Shown: in pieces, positions 56,451-64,000 of the stretch
How positions within the stretch are numbered: the first letter of the stretch is position 1
How the letters are laid out: each line of letters begins with the position of its first letter
DNA from: a virus
Taxonomy: Duplodnaviria > Caudoviricetes
Reading direction: 5' to 3' (one strand)
DNA length: 64,000 nt
Virus record (IMG/VR): IMGVR_UViG_2937884906_000001
Location: 15,842-79,841 of that record
The notes under the pieces: model-generated
What the model was told of the DNA's origin: nothing
Database searches by the model: none
What the model saw: the letters and a program-made list of their open reading frames with translations, nothing else
Position numbers and translations under genes: made by a program

Positions 56451-56942
56451 ATGCACACCCGGCTGAACATGCAAGACTGGAAGGTCGCCGAAGGTGAAGA
56501 CGCAGACCCCCGCAAATGGGTCGTCAACATCAAGTCGGAGACATCCCGGATCGACGTCGAGGCGAAATGCCCAGACGGCACCAAACGCAAGCTCTGGGTC
56601 GAGATCAACGACGGCCAACTGGTCGTCCATGCCTACGATCCCGACCATGACGAGCCGGTCAACGTGAGGATCACGAAGACCGGCATCCTCGTCGACAGCG
56701 ACGACCGCGGCGAGAAGCCGCTGAACCGCTACGAGCGGTTCGAGGAATTCGTCCAGCAGATGGCCCGCCTCACGACGCCGGAGAAGGAGTTCGAGGAGAA
56801 GAAGGCCGCCGGTGAGAACTGGGACGGCGTCACCTACGAGGACGCCGACGAGATGGTCTCGGACTTCAGCGACGACCGGCTCTGCGACGAATACGGCGCC
56901 TTCATGACAATGGTCCGCGCAGCAAAGGAGCTGGTGAAATGA
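56451..56942 (+). CDS. Hypothetical protein
   Basis: AGGAAC SD. Confidence 0.6.
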   Translation: MHTRLNMQDWKVAEGEDADPRKWVVNIKSETSRIDVEAKCPDGTKRKLWVEINDGQLVVHAYDPDHDEPVNVRITKTGILVDSDDRGEKPLNRYERFEEFVQQMARLTTPEKEFEEKKAAGENWDGVTYEDADEMVSDFSDDRLCDEYGAFMTMVRAAKELVK

Positions 56943-57157
56943 ACAAATTCCAAAAGGCCGCGGCTGCGACTTTCTCCAATGGAGAACATAGCCACGTCCA
57001 AGACCTAACCCAGGCGGATAAGGTGGGCGACACACTCTTCCTCTTCATCCTCCGCGAATTGGAGGACGTCGAGGACGCCGAAACGGCCAGCAGTCGGATC
57101 GACCGAGCGGTAATTGACCTGATGGAGGTCGGCAACGCCCTGGAGCTGGTGCGATGA
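56939..57157 (+). CDS. Hypothetical protein
   Basis: GDTLFLFILREL; ATGA overlap. Confidence 0.55.
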   Translation: MNKFQKAAAATFSNGEHSHVQDLTQADKVGDTLFLFILRELEDVEDAETASSRIDRAVIDLMEVGNALELVR

Positions 57158-57522
57158 TTGTCTACAACGTCGACCGCGCCTGGTTCCCGATGAAGAACGA
57201 CGCTGACGCCCACCGGCGTCAGCTCGGCCTCAAACCGGCCGCGCTCGCCACCATCAGGATCGACTCCCGAGAGGAGCTGGCCGCGTTCTTGAACGCCCTC
57301 ATGGGCCTAAAGAAGGAGCCGGCGCCCGACGCGCCGGAAGAAACCCCGCCCGCCGGTGCTATCTTGGAGCCACATGTCGTGGAACCCGAGGTGGTCGAAC
57401 GAAACTATATCGAGGTGCCTGACTTCGTGCCCATGTTCCTGGCTAAGGAGCATGCGAAGCAACAAGGCAAGGAGATCCGGTGGATCAGTTCGGCTTCGAC
57501 CGAGACCAACCCCGGATCTTGA
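57154..57522 (+). CDS. Hypothetical protein
   Basis: ATGA-coupled ORF. Confidence 0.55.
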   Translation: MIVYNVDRAWFPMKNDADAHRRQLGLKPAALATIRIDSREELAAFLNALMGLKKEPAPDAPEETPPAGAILEPHVVEPEVVERNYIEVPDFVPMFLAKEHAKQQGKEIRWISSASTETNPGS

Positions 57523-57712
57523 AGTTCGGCAGCTGGTCTTCTTTGACCACGCCGGCCCTCACCATCTTACCCTTCAGCTCCTGATATTGGCGGATCAGAT
57601 CATTCTGATGCTCGATCGCCTTAGCCTGCTTGGCCTGCATCACGGCCTCGTGGATGGCTTCGAGCTCGTCCATGCTTTTGTCCGTCAGGTCCACTGGATA
57701 CTGTTTTGGCAT
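57485..57712 (-). CDS. Counter-oriented 75-aa protein resembling an H-NS N-terminal oligomerisation domain
   Basis: GGAGG SD; DLTDKSMDELEAIHEAV..KAIEHQNDLI helical pattern. Confidence 0.5.
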   Translation of the reverse strand: MPKQYPVDLTDKSMDELEAIHEAVMQAKQAKAIEHQNDLIRQYQELKGKMVRAGVVKEDQLPNFKIRGWSRSKPN

Positions 57713-57722
57713 AGGAACCTCC

Positions 57723-57911
57723 ATGTCTAAGAAATACGACGTCACGATTGTCGAGACGGTCATACACACCTTCACCATCGACGTCGAGTCCGACGAAGAT
57801 CCGAATGAAGCGGCCGGTGAGGCGTTTGTCCAGGCCGAGAAATTCGAGGAGCTGGAGAACTACGGCCTCGTGGTCAGTCACCGGGAGGTAGAGAATGTCA
57901 CACCTCAGTGA
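57723..57911 (+). CDS. Small acidic hypothetical protein
   Basis: KYDVTIVET..TIDVESDE..AAGEA. Confidence 0.6.
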   Translation: MSKKYDVTIVETVIHTFTIDVESDEDPNEAAGEAFVQAEKFEELENYGLVVSHREVENVTPQ

Positions 57912-58275
57912 GGTCTACTGGAACAGCCACAAGCGCTGTTTCAGCATCCGGCCGAAATTCGCCTGTGAGCTTGAAGGCTTCGACCAATCCCCCAGGGGTC
58001 GCGTGTTCTACAATCGCGGCCCCTTCGTTTTGGCGGCGCCCCGCTTCAAGGTCAACGAGGTCACTCGCCAGCGGGTAATCCGCACCGGAAAGAAGGAGGT
58101 TCACGCAACAATCTCTGGTCTTCCTCTAGTACTGGAGACTTTGACCATTCCAACAGGAGCACAACGAGTGCGATACAACCCGTTCAGGGCCCCATACTTT
58201 CAGGGCCCGGGAGGTGGCGCCGTCTGGCATGCCGACATCGCGTTCATGAAGGACAACGAGGTCTGGATCCTATGA
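57895..58275 (+). CDS. Hypothetical phage protein
   Basis: VYWNSHKRCFSI..VIRTGKKEVHA..VRYNPF. Confidence 0.6.
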   Translation: MSHLSEVYWNSHKRCFSIRPKFACELEGFDQSPRGRVFYNRGPFVLAAPRFKVNEVTRQRVIRTGKKEVHATISGLPLVLETLTIPTGAQRVRYNPFRAPYFQGPGGGAVWHADIAFMKDNEVWIL

Positions 58276-58577
58276 CACCCAAGCAGAAAGAGCTCCTCGT
58301 CCGGGGACTGCTCACCAACAGGCTCTACCCCGCCGGGGGTGAGTACGCTGCAATAAAGGCGATGAAGCGCCGGGGCTGGACGACCGAGGAATGGTTCATC
58401 GGCCGCGAAACCATCACGACCGATGGGGTGGCCGCGCTCGAAGCCAACAGCAAACCAATCGAAATTTTCCAGGCCAATTTTCGGTACCTGCTGCTCGTCA
58501 AGGGCCAGCCCGTCGCCGAGATGTTGCCTGGGCAACGCCAGAAAATGGAGAAACTCCTTGCAGATACAGGTCTATGA
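58272..58577 (+). CDS. Hypothetical protein
   Basis: ATGA-coupled ORF. Confidence 0.55.
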   Translation: MTPKQKELLVRGLLTNRLYPAGGEYAAIKAMKRRGWTTEEWFIGRETITTDGVAALEANSKPIEIFQANFRYLLLVKGQPVAEMLPGQRQKMEKLLADTGL

Positions 58578-58779
58578 GCCTCTGACCGGCGACGTACTCA
58601 CCCGAGCGGACGTCGCCAACATGAAGCTCCCCTTCGAACACGGCTGGGATCAATGGTGGGTGACGAGCCCATCCGGGCGCATCCTCGGGCGCCACAATTC
58701 CTATGACGCCGCCGAGCTCCAGGCCCGTATCCAGCCCCTCGCAGCCTAAACCACCCCTCCCTTCTCAATCGCTTCCACC

Positions 58780-58804
58780 CGCGCCCTGAGCGCCACGGCG
58801 AAGC
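58780..58804 (+). repeat. 25-bp direct repeat, copy 2
   Basis: CGCGCCCTGAGCGCCACGGCGAAGC. Confidence 0.9.
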
Positions 58805-58805
58805 C

Positions 58806-60812
58806 ATGCACAAGGACAAGACCATGAAACTGCTCAACACCGCCCGCGCCGAAGACTTCCACGCCGCCGGCGTCACCGAAGCCCGCACCTTTGGCTTCGA
58901 GATGAACGCGATCGCCTTCCACGCCGTGATCGACGGCATCTATTCGGACAAGATCCTGGCGCCGGTGCGCGAATATGCGACCAACGCCTACGACGCCCAC
59001 ATCGCCGCGGGAAAGGCTGACCAGCCGTTCCTCCTCATGGCGCCCTCGACCCTCAGCCCGTACTTCATGGTCCGTGACTTCGGCCCGGGCATGACCCACG
59101 AAGAGGTGACGCAGCGCGCCACCACGCTGTTTGGCTCGGACAAGCGCGACAGCAACACCCAGGTCGGAATGCTCGGCCTCGGCATGAAGTCGGCCTTCGC
59201 CTACACCAAGCAGTACACCATCACCTGCTTCGACGGCACGACGAAGCGCGAGTATGTCTGCTTCCTGGACGGCAGCGGCATGCCGACCGTGAGCCTGGCG
59301 GCCGAGGATGAGAGCCAGGAGCGCACCGGCGTCATGATCAAGTTCCCGGTGCAGCAGCTCGACATCGAGCGGTTCCGCACCGCGATAGAGAAGGTGATGA
59401 TCGGCTTCGACCCGATGCCGACTGTGCTCAATGATCAGTGGACGCCGTCCGGCGTCACCACGCTGATGGAGGGCAGCAACTATCGCATCGTCAAGTCCAA
59501 CCATGTATCGAGCCCCCGCATCCGTCAGGGGTGTGTGCTCTACCCCCTCGACATAACCCAGTTGGTCCATGTCGACGACGACAACGAGCTCCGGATCCCG
59601 ATCATCATCGACGTGCCGATCGGCACGGCCAGTGTGTCGACCTCGCGAGAGCAACTCGGCTACGACGAGCCCACCAAGGACAACCTGCGCCTCATCTGGC
59701 AGCAGGTGCGCCAGGACATCCGCAACGAGCTCCAGGCCACCCTCGACGCGCCGGACACTTTCCTGGACGCCTGCATCGTCTACGGCGAGCTGGCCACTCG
59801 TCTCGGCAAGACCATGCTCAAGCAGCCGAAGTGGCGTGGCAAGGCCGAACTCCGCACCAGCTTCTCCTATCTCGGCGCTGGGCGAGCTGCCGTGCTGCTC
59901 AATTGGGACGACCTCCGGTTCTCGCCGCCACGTCAGCCTACTGGTCGTTCTCGCTACTACCAGACGGCGCCGTCGCTCACCCCGCAAGAACTGAAGGGAT
60001 ACACGGTCGTTTGGGAGGCGCCGGACTGCCGCTTCTCCAAGGACCGGATGCGGATGTTCCGCGACCAGAACGAGGAAGCCGACATCCTGTGGGTGAAGGC
60101 CGACACGTTGGCCAAGGTCACCGAGTATTACGGTGTCGAGGCGGTCGTCGACCTCCGCACCATCGAGCGCCTCAAGCTCGTCCGCACCAGCCGCCCCCGG
60201 GTCGGTCTGAGCAAGCAGGACATCCGCACCTTCGATCGCTACCGGAGCATCATCCAGGAGCCGGAGAAGGCCGTCTATGTCTACTCCGAGGGCGCCAATT
60301 ATGAGGTCTTCGGCCAGATCCTCGATATGGAACAGGTGCAGGACCGCTACATCAGGAGGCTCCGGAACATCGACGCCATCAAGCATGACCAGTCTGTCAT
60401 CGTCCTGATGAAGAACCAGCGCAACCTGCCGAAGGACCGCCCTGGCTGGATCCACCTCGACCAGCTCCTCAAGGACACCGTCGCCGGCTTCAACGCCAAG
60501 GCTCACGCCGTCAAGAGCGACGTGACCAGCTTCCGAAACGACCGCCTGGTCAACATTCTGGGCCGCAAGCTGGATCAGCTGCCGAAGCGACTGCGAGACC
60601 TTCTCCAGAAGGCCATCAACATGTCCTCGAACACCTATGAGGACCTGTTGCTCTCCCAGTTGTGGGTCGAGGTGACCGGCAAGAGCCTGCCGAGCGTCAC
60701 GACAGACTTCCACGCGAGGTTCGCCAAGCTGGTGGCCGGCTACCCGCTGCTCAACGTGCTCGCCAACAATGACGAGCACCTGACCCACTATCTCAAACTC
60801 ATCGCGAGGTAA
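58806..60812 (+). CDS. rIIA: rIIA-like protein with GHKL/Hsp90-type ATPase domain
   Basis: IYSDKILAPVREYATNAYD, VRDFGPGM, SDKRDSNTQVGMLGLGMKSAFAY. Confidence 0.88.
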   Translation: MHKDKTMKLLNTARAEDFHAAGVTEARTFGFEMNAIAFHAVIDGIYSDKILAPVREYATNAYDAHIAAGKADQPFLLMAPSTLSPYFMVRDFGPGMTHEEVTQRATTLFGSDKRDSNTQVGMLGLGMKSAFAYTKQYTITCFDGTTKREYVCFLDGSGMPTVSLAAEDESQERTGVMIKFPVQQLDIERFRTAIEKVMIGFDPMPTVLNDQWTPSGVTTLMEGSNYRIVKSNHVSSPRIRQGCVLYPLDITQLVHVDDDNELRIPIIIDVPIGTASVSTSREQLGYDEPTKDNLRLIWQQVRQDIRNELQATLDAPDTFLDACIVYGELATRLGKTMLKQPKWRGKAELRTSFSYLGAGRAAVLLNWDDLRFSPPRQPTGRSRYYQTAPSLTPQELKGYTVVWEAPDCRFSKDRMRMFRDQNEEADILWVKADTLAKVTEYYGVEAVVDLRTIERLKLVRTSRPRVGLSKQDIRTFDRYRSIIQEPEKAVYVYSEGANYEVFGQILDMEQVQDRYIRRLRNIDAIKHDQSVIVLMKNQRNLPKDRPGWIHLDQLLKDTVAGFNAKAHAVKSDVTSFRNDRLVNILGRKLDQLPKRLRDLLQKAINMSSNTYEDLLLSQLWVEVTGKSLPSVTTDFHARFAKLVAGYPLLNVLANNDEHLTHYLKLIAR

Positions 60813-60818
60813 TCCACC

Positions 60819-61670
60819 ATGGTCCCGCACGTCGTTTCCGGGAATACGATCTCCGCCTTCGTCGGCGGAGATCTCAAGTGCATCGACAGCAGCCACCCAA
60901 ACTTCGAGCTGATCAAACAGCGGCTCGTGGAGGGTGGCGAAGTCGGCGAAGAGGACTTCGATATGGCCGCGGCGCTCCGCAAGTACCTTCTCTATGAGGA
61001 CGCCCTGGTTCGGGTCGGCTACGACGGCCTGACCTACGACGGCAAGGCGCTCCATAACCACCTCACCATGCGGATCATCGATCTCCTGAAGAGGCAACAG
61101 CCGGCCACGCCGTGGATCAACTTCCTGAAGCGGCTGCAGCTCAACCCGGACCACGAGATCCGCGAACACCTGTTCGAATGGCTCGAGCATGGCAACATGC
61201 CGATCACCCCGGACGGCTTCTTCCTGGCCTACAAGAAAGTGAACAAGGACTATCTGTCGTTCCACGACGGGAGGACCTTGAACACCGTTGGATCGACAAT
61301 CTTCCTTCCCAGGAACCAGTGCGATCTCGATCGGTTCCGCACCTGCTCGGCGGGCCTGCATTTCTGCTCCTGGGACTACCTACCCCTCTATGCGGGGCAC
61401 GCAGGACATGTGCTGATCCTCAAGATCAGCCCCGCCGACGTTGTGGCCTTCCCGCCCGACGACCAGGCCAAGGGCAGAGCCTGTCGCTACACCATCGTCG
61501 ATGAGGTGCCAGAAGAGAAAGCCAAGCATGCTTTCCCGGAGCCGGTCTACTCGACCTTCTACGATGACGAGGAGGACGACGACGGTCTGCCCGATTGGAG
61601 CAACATCGAACCCAGCAGCCCTGGCATCTTCGGCCGCCTGAAGGCCTGGACTAAGCGGCTGCTGAACTAG
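60819..61670 (+). CDS. rIIB: rIIB-like protein
   Basis: LFEWLEHGNMPITPDGFFLAYK, CSAGLHF, LKISPADVV. Confidence 0.88.
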   Translation: MVPHVVSGNTISAFVGGDLKCIDSSHPNFELIKQRLVEGGEVGEEDFDMAAALRKYLLYEDALVRVGYDGLTYDGKALHNHLTMRIIDLLKRQQPATPWINFLKRLQLNPDHEIREHLFEWLEHGNMPITPDGFFLAYKKVNKDYLSFHDGRTLNTVGSTIFLPRNQCDLDRFRTCSAGLHFCSWDYLPLYAGHAGHVLILKISPADVVAFPPDDQAKGRACRYTIVDEVPEEKAKHAFPEPVYSTFYDDEEDDDGLPDWSNIEPSSPGIFGRLKAWTKRLLN

Positions 61671-61699
61671 CCAACACCAACCACCAACCAGCGTGAACA

Positions 61700-61732
61700 A
61701 AAGGGCGTCCCTCGGGGCGCCCTTTTTCTTTT
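61700..61732 (+). terminator. Intrinsic terminator after rIIB
   Basis: AAAGGGCGTCC-CTCG-GGGCGCCCTTTTTCTTTT. Confidence 0.88.
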
Positions 61733-61743
61733 GCGAGGAAAAG

Positions 61744-62487
61744 ATGCACTACCACACGACCCCGATCTCTCGGAACGTGAAGACCGGGCCGATGCCGGTG
61801 ATGACCAGTTCGCGTGAAACCTGTCCAGACAGTTGCCCGTTAAAGCAGGGCGGCTGCTATGCCATGACCGGGCCGTTGAAGCTGCACTGGGACCAGGTTA
61901 CCTCCGGCGCGCGAGGCTCCGATTTGGACGAGGCTCTGAAGCCGATCCGCAAGCTTAATCGCGGCGCAATCTGGCGATATGGTCAGGCTGGGGACTTGCC
62001 AGGGGAGCGCGACAATATTGACCGTGAAGGTATTTTAAAGATAGCTAAAGCAAGCAAGGGGAAGCGCGCCATAATCTTTACACACAAGCCACCGAGCCTT
62101 GAAAATCTCGCAATTATCAGGGAAGCGGCGGCAGAAGGCTTAAACATCAACATGTCGGCCGACAGTATAGACAAGGCCGACGAGCTAGCCGATCTGGAAC
62201 TCCCAGTAGCGGTCGTGTTGCATTCGGAATACGGAAGGAAAAAGGACGAAAGTCTGAGTGATTACAGACGCAGGGTCAAACGACTAGCGAACTACACTCC
62301 AAAAGGTAGGAAAATCGCTGTCTGCCCTGCGACTTATACGGATGTAAGTTGTACACAGTGTGGCGTATGTGCTGATGGAGACAGAAAGGGAGTGATAGTA
62401 GGCTTCCCCGCCCACGGCACGAAAAAGAAACGGGTGGACGAAATTGCTGGACATGCCGGAGAACGAGAACCTGACAAACGCGGATAA
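61744..62487 (+). CDS. Cys-rich gp88-like phage protein (possible Fe-S or radical-SAM-like)
   Basis: TCPDSCP...GCYA, GDLPG, CPAT..CTQCGVC, GFPAHG. Confidence 0.55.
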   Translation: MHYHTTPISRNVKTGPMPVMTSSRETCPDSCPLKQGGCYAMTGPLKLHWDQVTSGARGSDLDEALKPIRKLNRGAIWRYGQAGDLPGERDNIDREGILKIAKASKGKRAIIFTHKPPSLENLAIIREAAAEGLNINMSADSIDKADELADLELPVAVVLHSEYGRKKDESLSDYRRRVKRLANYTPKGRKIAVCPATYTDVSCTQCGVCADGDRKGVIVGFPAHGTKKKRVDEIAGHAGEREPDKRG

Positions 62488-62680
62488 GGAGACGATTTCT
62501 AATCTCCTACTTGAGCTCGCTACCGAGCTCGATCTTCATTATGATGATGAAGATATGTTTGCTTTGACGCCGTCCTTTAAAGTCATAAAGGACGGCGTCA
62601 AGTTATTAGAGAAGCTGGGGGAGCCCGTCCACCCCGACGTGGTTCGCATATTAGCGAGGTTTAATAGGTCGCATCAATAA
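62453..62680 (+). CDS. Small hypothetical protein
   Basis: AT-richer ORF overlapping the upstream gene. Confidence 0.5.
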   Translation: MPENENLTNADKETISNLLLELATELDLHYDDEDMFALTPSFKVIKDGVKLLEKLGEPVHPDVVRILARFNRSHQ

Positions 62681-62681
62681 T

Positions 62682-63116
62682 TTGTTAATTTTTGTTACCG
62701 TTCGTGAATTTTCTCTTGAAATGCTGTCCCAATACGGTACAGAAGCCACCATCTATAAACATTCAGGGTTGGGCGGCGGTATCGTGCTTTGGGTTTCAAC
62801 AAAGCGGCTGGCGGATAGGCTAGCCGTGTCTGATAGGACCATTCGCTACTGGGCCGCTCGCGGCATGATACCAGGGGCGGCGAGGATCGGCAGACAGTTC
62901 CGCTTCCGCTTGACAGAAGTCGACCATTGGCTGAACAACATGGATGTTTCTCACAAACAGAGGAAGGTCCAGGAATGGCCGACATTTACCTTAGAGAAGG
63001 ATCAGCAATCTACCAAGCGCGCCTCCGCGTCGGGGGCGACACCGTCCGAAAATCAACTGGGCTTAAATGTCCAAAGGCTGCTCAGTCGGAGGCAGACCGT
63101 CTTGAACAAGAGCTGA
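62682..63116 (+). CDS. Excisionase-like MerR/HTH protein (start uncertain)
   Basis: TKRLADRLAVSDRTIRYWAARGMIPGAARIGRQFRF. Confidence 0.7.
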   Translation: MLIFVTVREFSLEMLSQYGTEATIYKHSGLGGGIVLWVSTKRLADRLAVSDRTIRYWAARGMIPGAARIGRQFRFRLTEVDHWLNNMDVSHKQRKVQEWPTFTLEKDQQSTKRASASGATPSENQLGLNVQRLLSRRQTVLNKS

Positions 63117-64000
63117 ACGACGCTCTTCTTCTCGACACCGACATCCGCATCATCAAGGCGACGGAGCTGCTCTTTGCGCACCCCCGGCGCCGGCCGTATT
63201 CGAAGAACACCAAGCGCCACTACACGACAAGTTTGACCAACGTCGTCGAGGTGCTGGGCGATGTCGCTCTGCGCGTACTAGATGAAGCGAAGGTGAAGAC
63301 CTATATCAAGGAGAAGCTGAAGACTGGCAAGACGGTCCAGCTTCGGCGCGACCTCGCCTTCCTGAGCCTGCTGCTCACGTTTGCGAAAAGGAGACTGGAC
63401 TGCGGTGTCACCTACAACGCCGTCAAGGAGGTTGACAAGGGCGACATTCCCGACGCCACGAGGCGGGAGGTCTATCTGCAGCGTCACCATTACGACAAGC
63501 TGCTGGCGGCCTGCAACAACCACGAACAGCGCCTGTTCATCACACTGGCCGTCTGGACCGGTATGAGGCACCAGGAAATCATGAAGCTTGAGTGGAGCGA
63601 GATAAACCCCAAGCTGACTGCCATACAACTGGACGGCGAGCGGGTGAAAAACAGCAGCCCCAGGCGAATACCGCTCCGTCAGGAGGTGCGCGACACACTC
63701 GCACACACACCGAAGGACCAGCGGAAGGGATACGTGTTCATTGGAGAAGAGGAGGGTAAACCACAGTACAGCTTTGCGAAGAGGTGGTTGGGCATCCGCA
63801 AGCGGGCGGGCATGCCGAAGCTTCACATTCATGATCTACGCCATACGTTTGCCAGCTGGCTGCTTCAGTCCGGCGTGGCAGACAAGACGACCCAGGACCT
63901 GATGGGGCATAAGACGGACTCAATGACCCGTCGCTATTCCCACAACAGCCTGAAGTCTCTGAAGCGGGCGATCGACCAGATGGAGGCCGACACACTTTGA
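62975..64000 (+). CDS. int: Tyrosine recombinase / phage integrase
   Basis: TGMRHQEI, HDLRH, LMGH..MTRRY catalytic residues; arm-binding-like N-terminus. Confidence 0.95.
   Translation: MADIYLREGSAIYQARLRVGGDTVRKSTGLKCPKAAQSEADRLEQELNDALLLDTDIRIIKATELLFAHPRRRPYSKNTKRHYTTSLTNVVEVLGDVALRVLDEAKVKTYIKEKLKTGKTVQLRRDLAFLSLLLTFAKRRLDCGVTYNAVKEVDKGDIPDATRREVYLQRHHYDKLLAACNNHEQRLFITLAVWTGMRHQEIMKLEWSEINPKLTAIQLDGERVKNSSPRRIPLRQEVRDTLAHTPKDQRKGYVFIGEEEGKPQYSFAKRWLGIRKRAGMPKLHIHDLRHTFASWLLQSGVADKTTQDLMGHKTDSMTRRYSHNSLKSLKRAIDQMEADTL

Larger units (their letters stand above)
1..64000. mobile_element. Temperate siphovirus-like phage/prophage segment (incomplete on the left; att site not seen)
   Basis: Complete head-tail-lysis operon, replication genes and tyrosine integrase; no host housekeeping genes recognised. 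Confidence 0.95.

Noticed and set aside
58746-61361. Long minus-strand ORFs shadowing real genes (e.g. 58746-61361, 4038-5660, 32656-33954)
   Set aside because: Antisense artefacts of high-GC codon bias opposite well-supported genes

Overview
The whole window is one temperate, lambda-like tailed phage or prophage segment of high GC. The host is probably an alphaproteobacterium of the Rhizobiaceae type (inferred from gene content). Layout: (1) 1-6.2 kb (+): 5'-truncated Rad50/gp46-like ATPase, three tandem nucleotide hydrolases and a class II ribonucleotide reductase. (2) 6.2-35.7 kb (-): a complete late operon of GpA-type terminase, portal, protease/scaffold, decoration, capsid, neck, major tail, frameshifted tail chaperones, tape measure with transglycosylase, lambda-like tail tip M-L-K-I-J, tail extras and lysis cassette. 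A metallophosphoesterase is wedged between I and J. (3) 35.8-39 kb (+): a candidate small terminase and a PrimPol-SF3 helicase. (4) 39-62.7 kb (mostly +): a large early/accessory region with two tandem T7 gp0.7-like kinases, a PEP-utiliser phosphohistidine-domain protein, an ATP-dependent ligase, RtcB, a possible truncated H-NS mimic and rIIA/rIIB. Several strongly structured non-coding elements are interspersed. (5) Excisionase-like gene and tyrosine integrase ending at the last base. Most promising leads: the structured intergenic RNA elements, including a promoter-to-terminator sRNA candidate directly upstream of the kinase pair; the kinase pair; the orphan phosphohistidine protein; and the tail-operon phosphoesterase. 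All family assignments come from motifs recognised by eye; no searches or folding were run.
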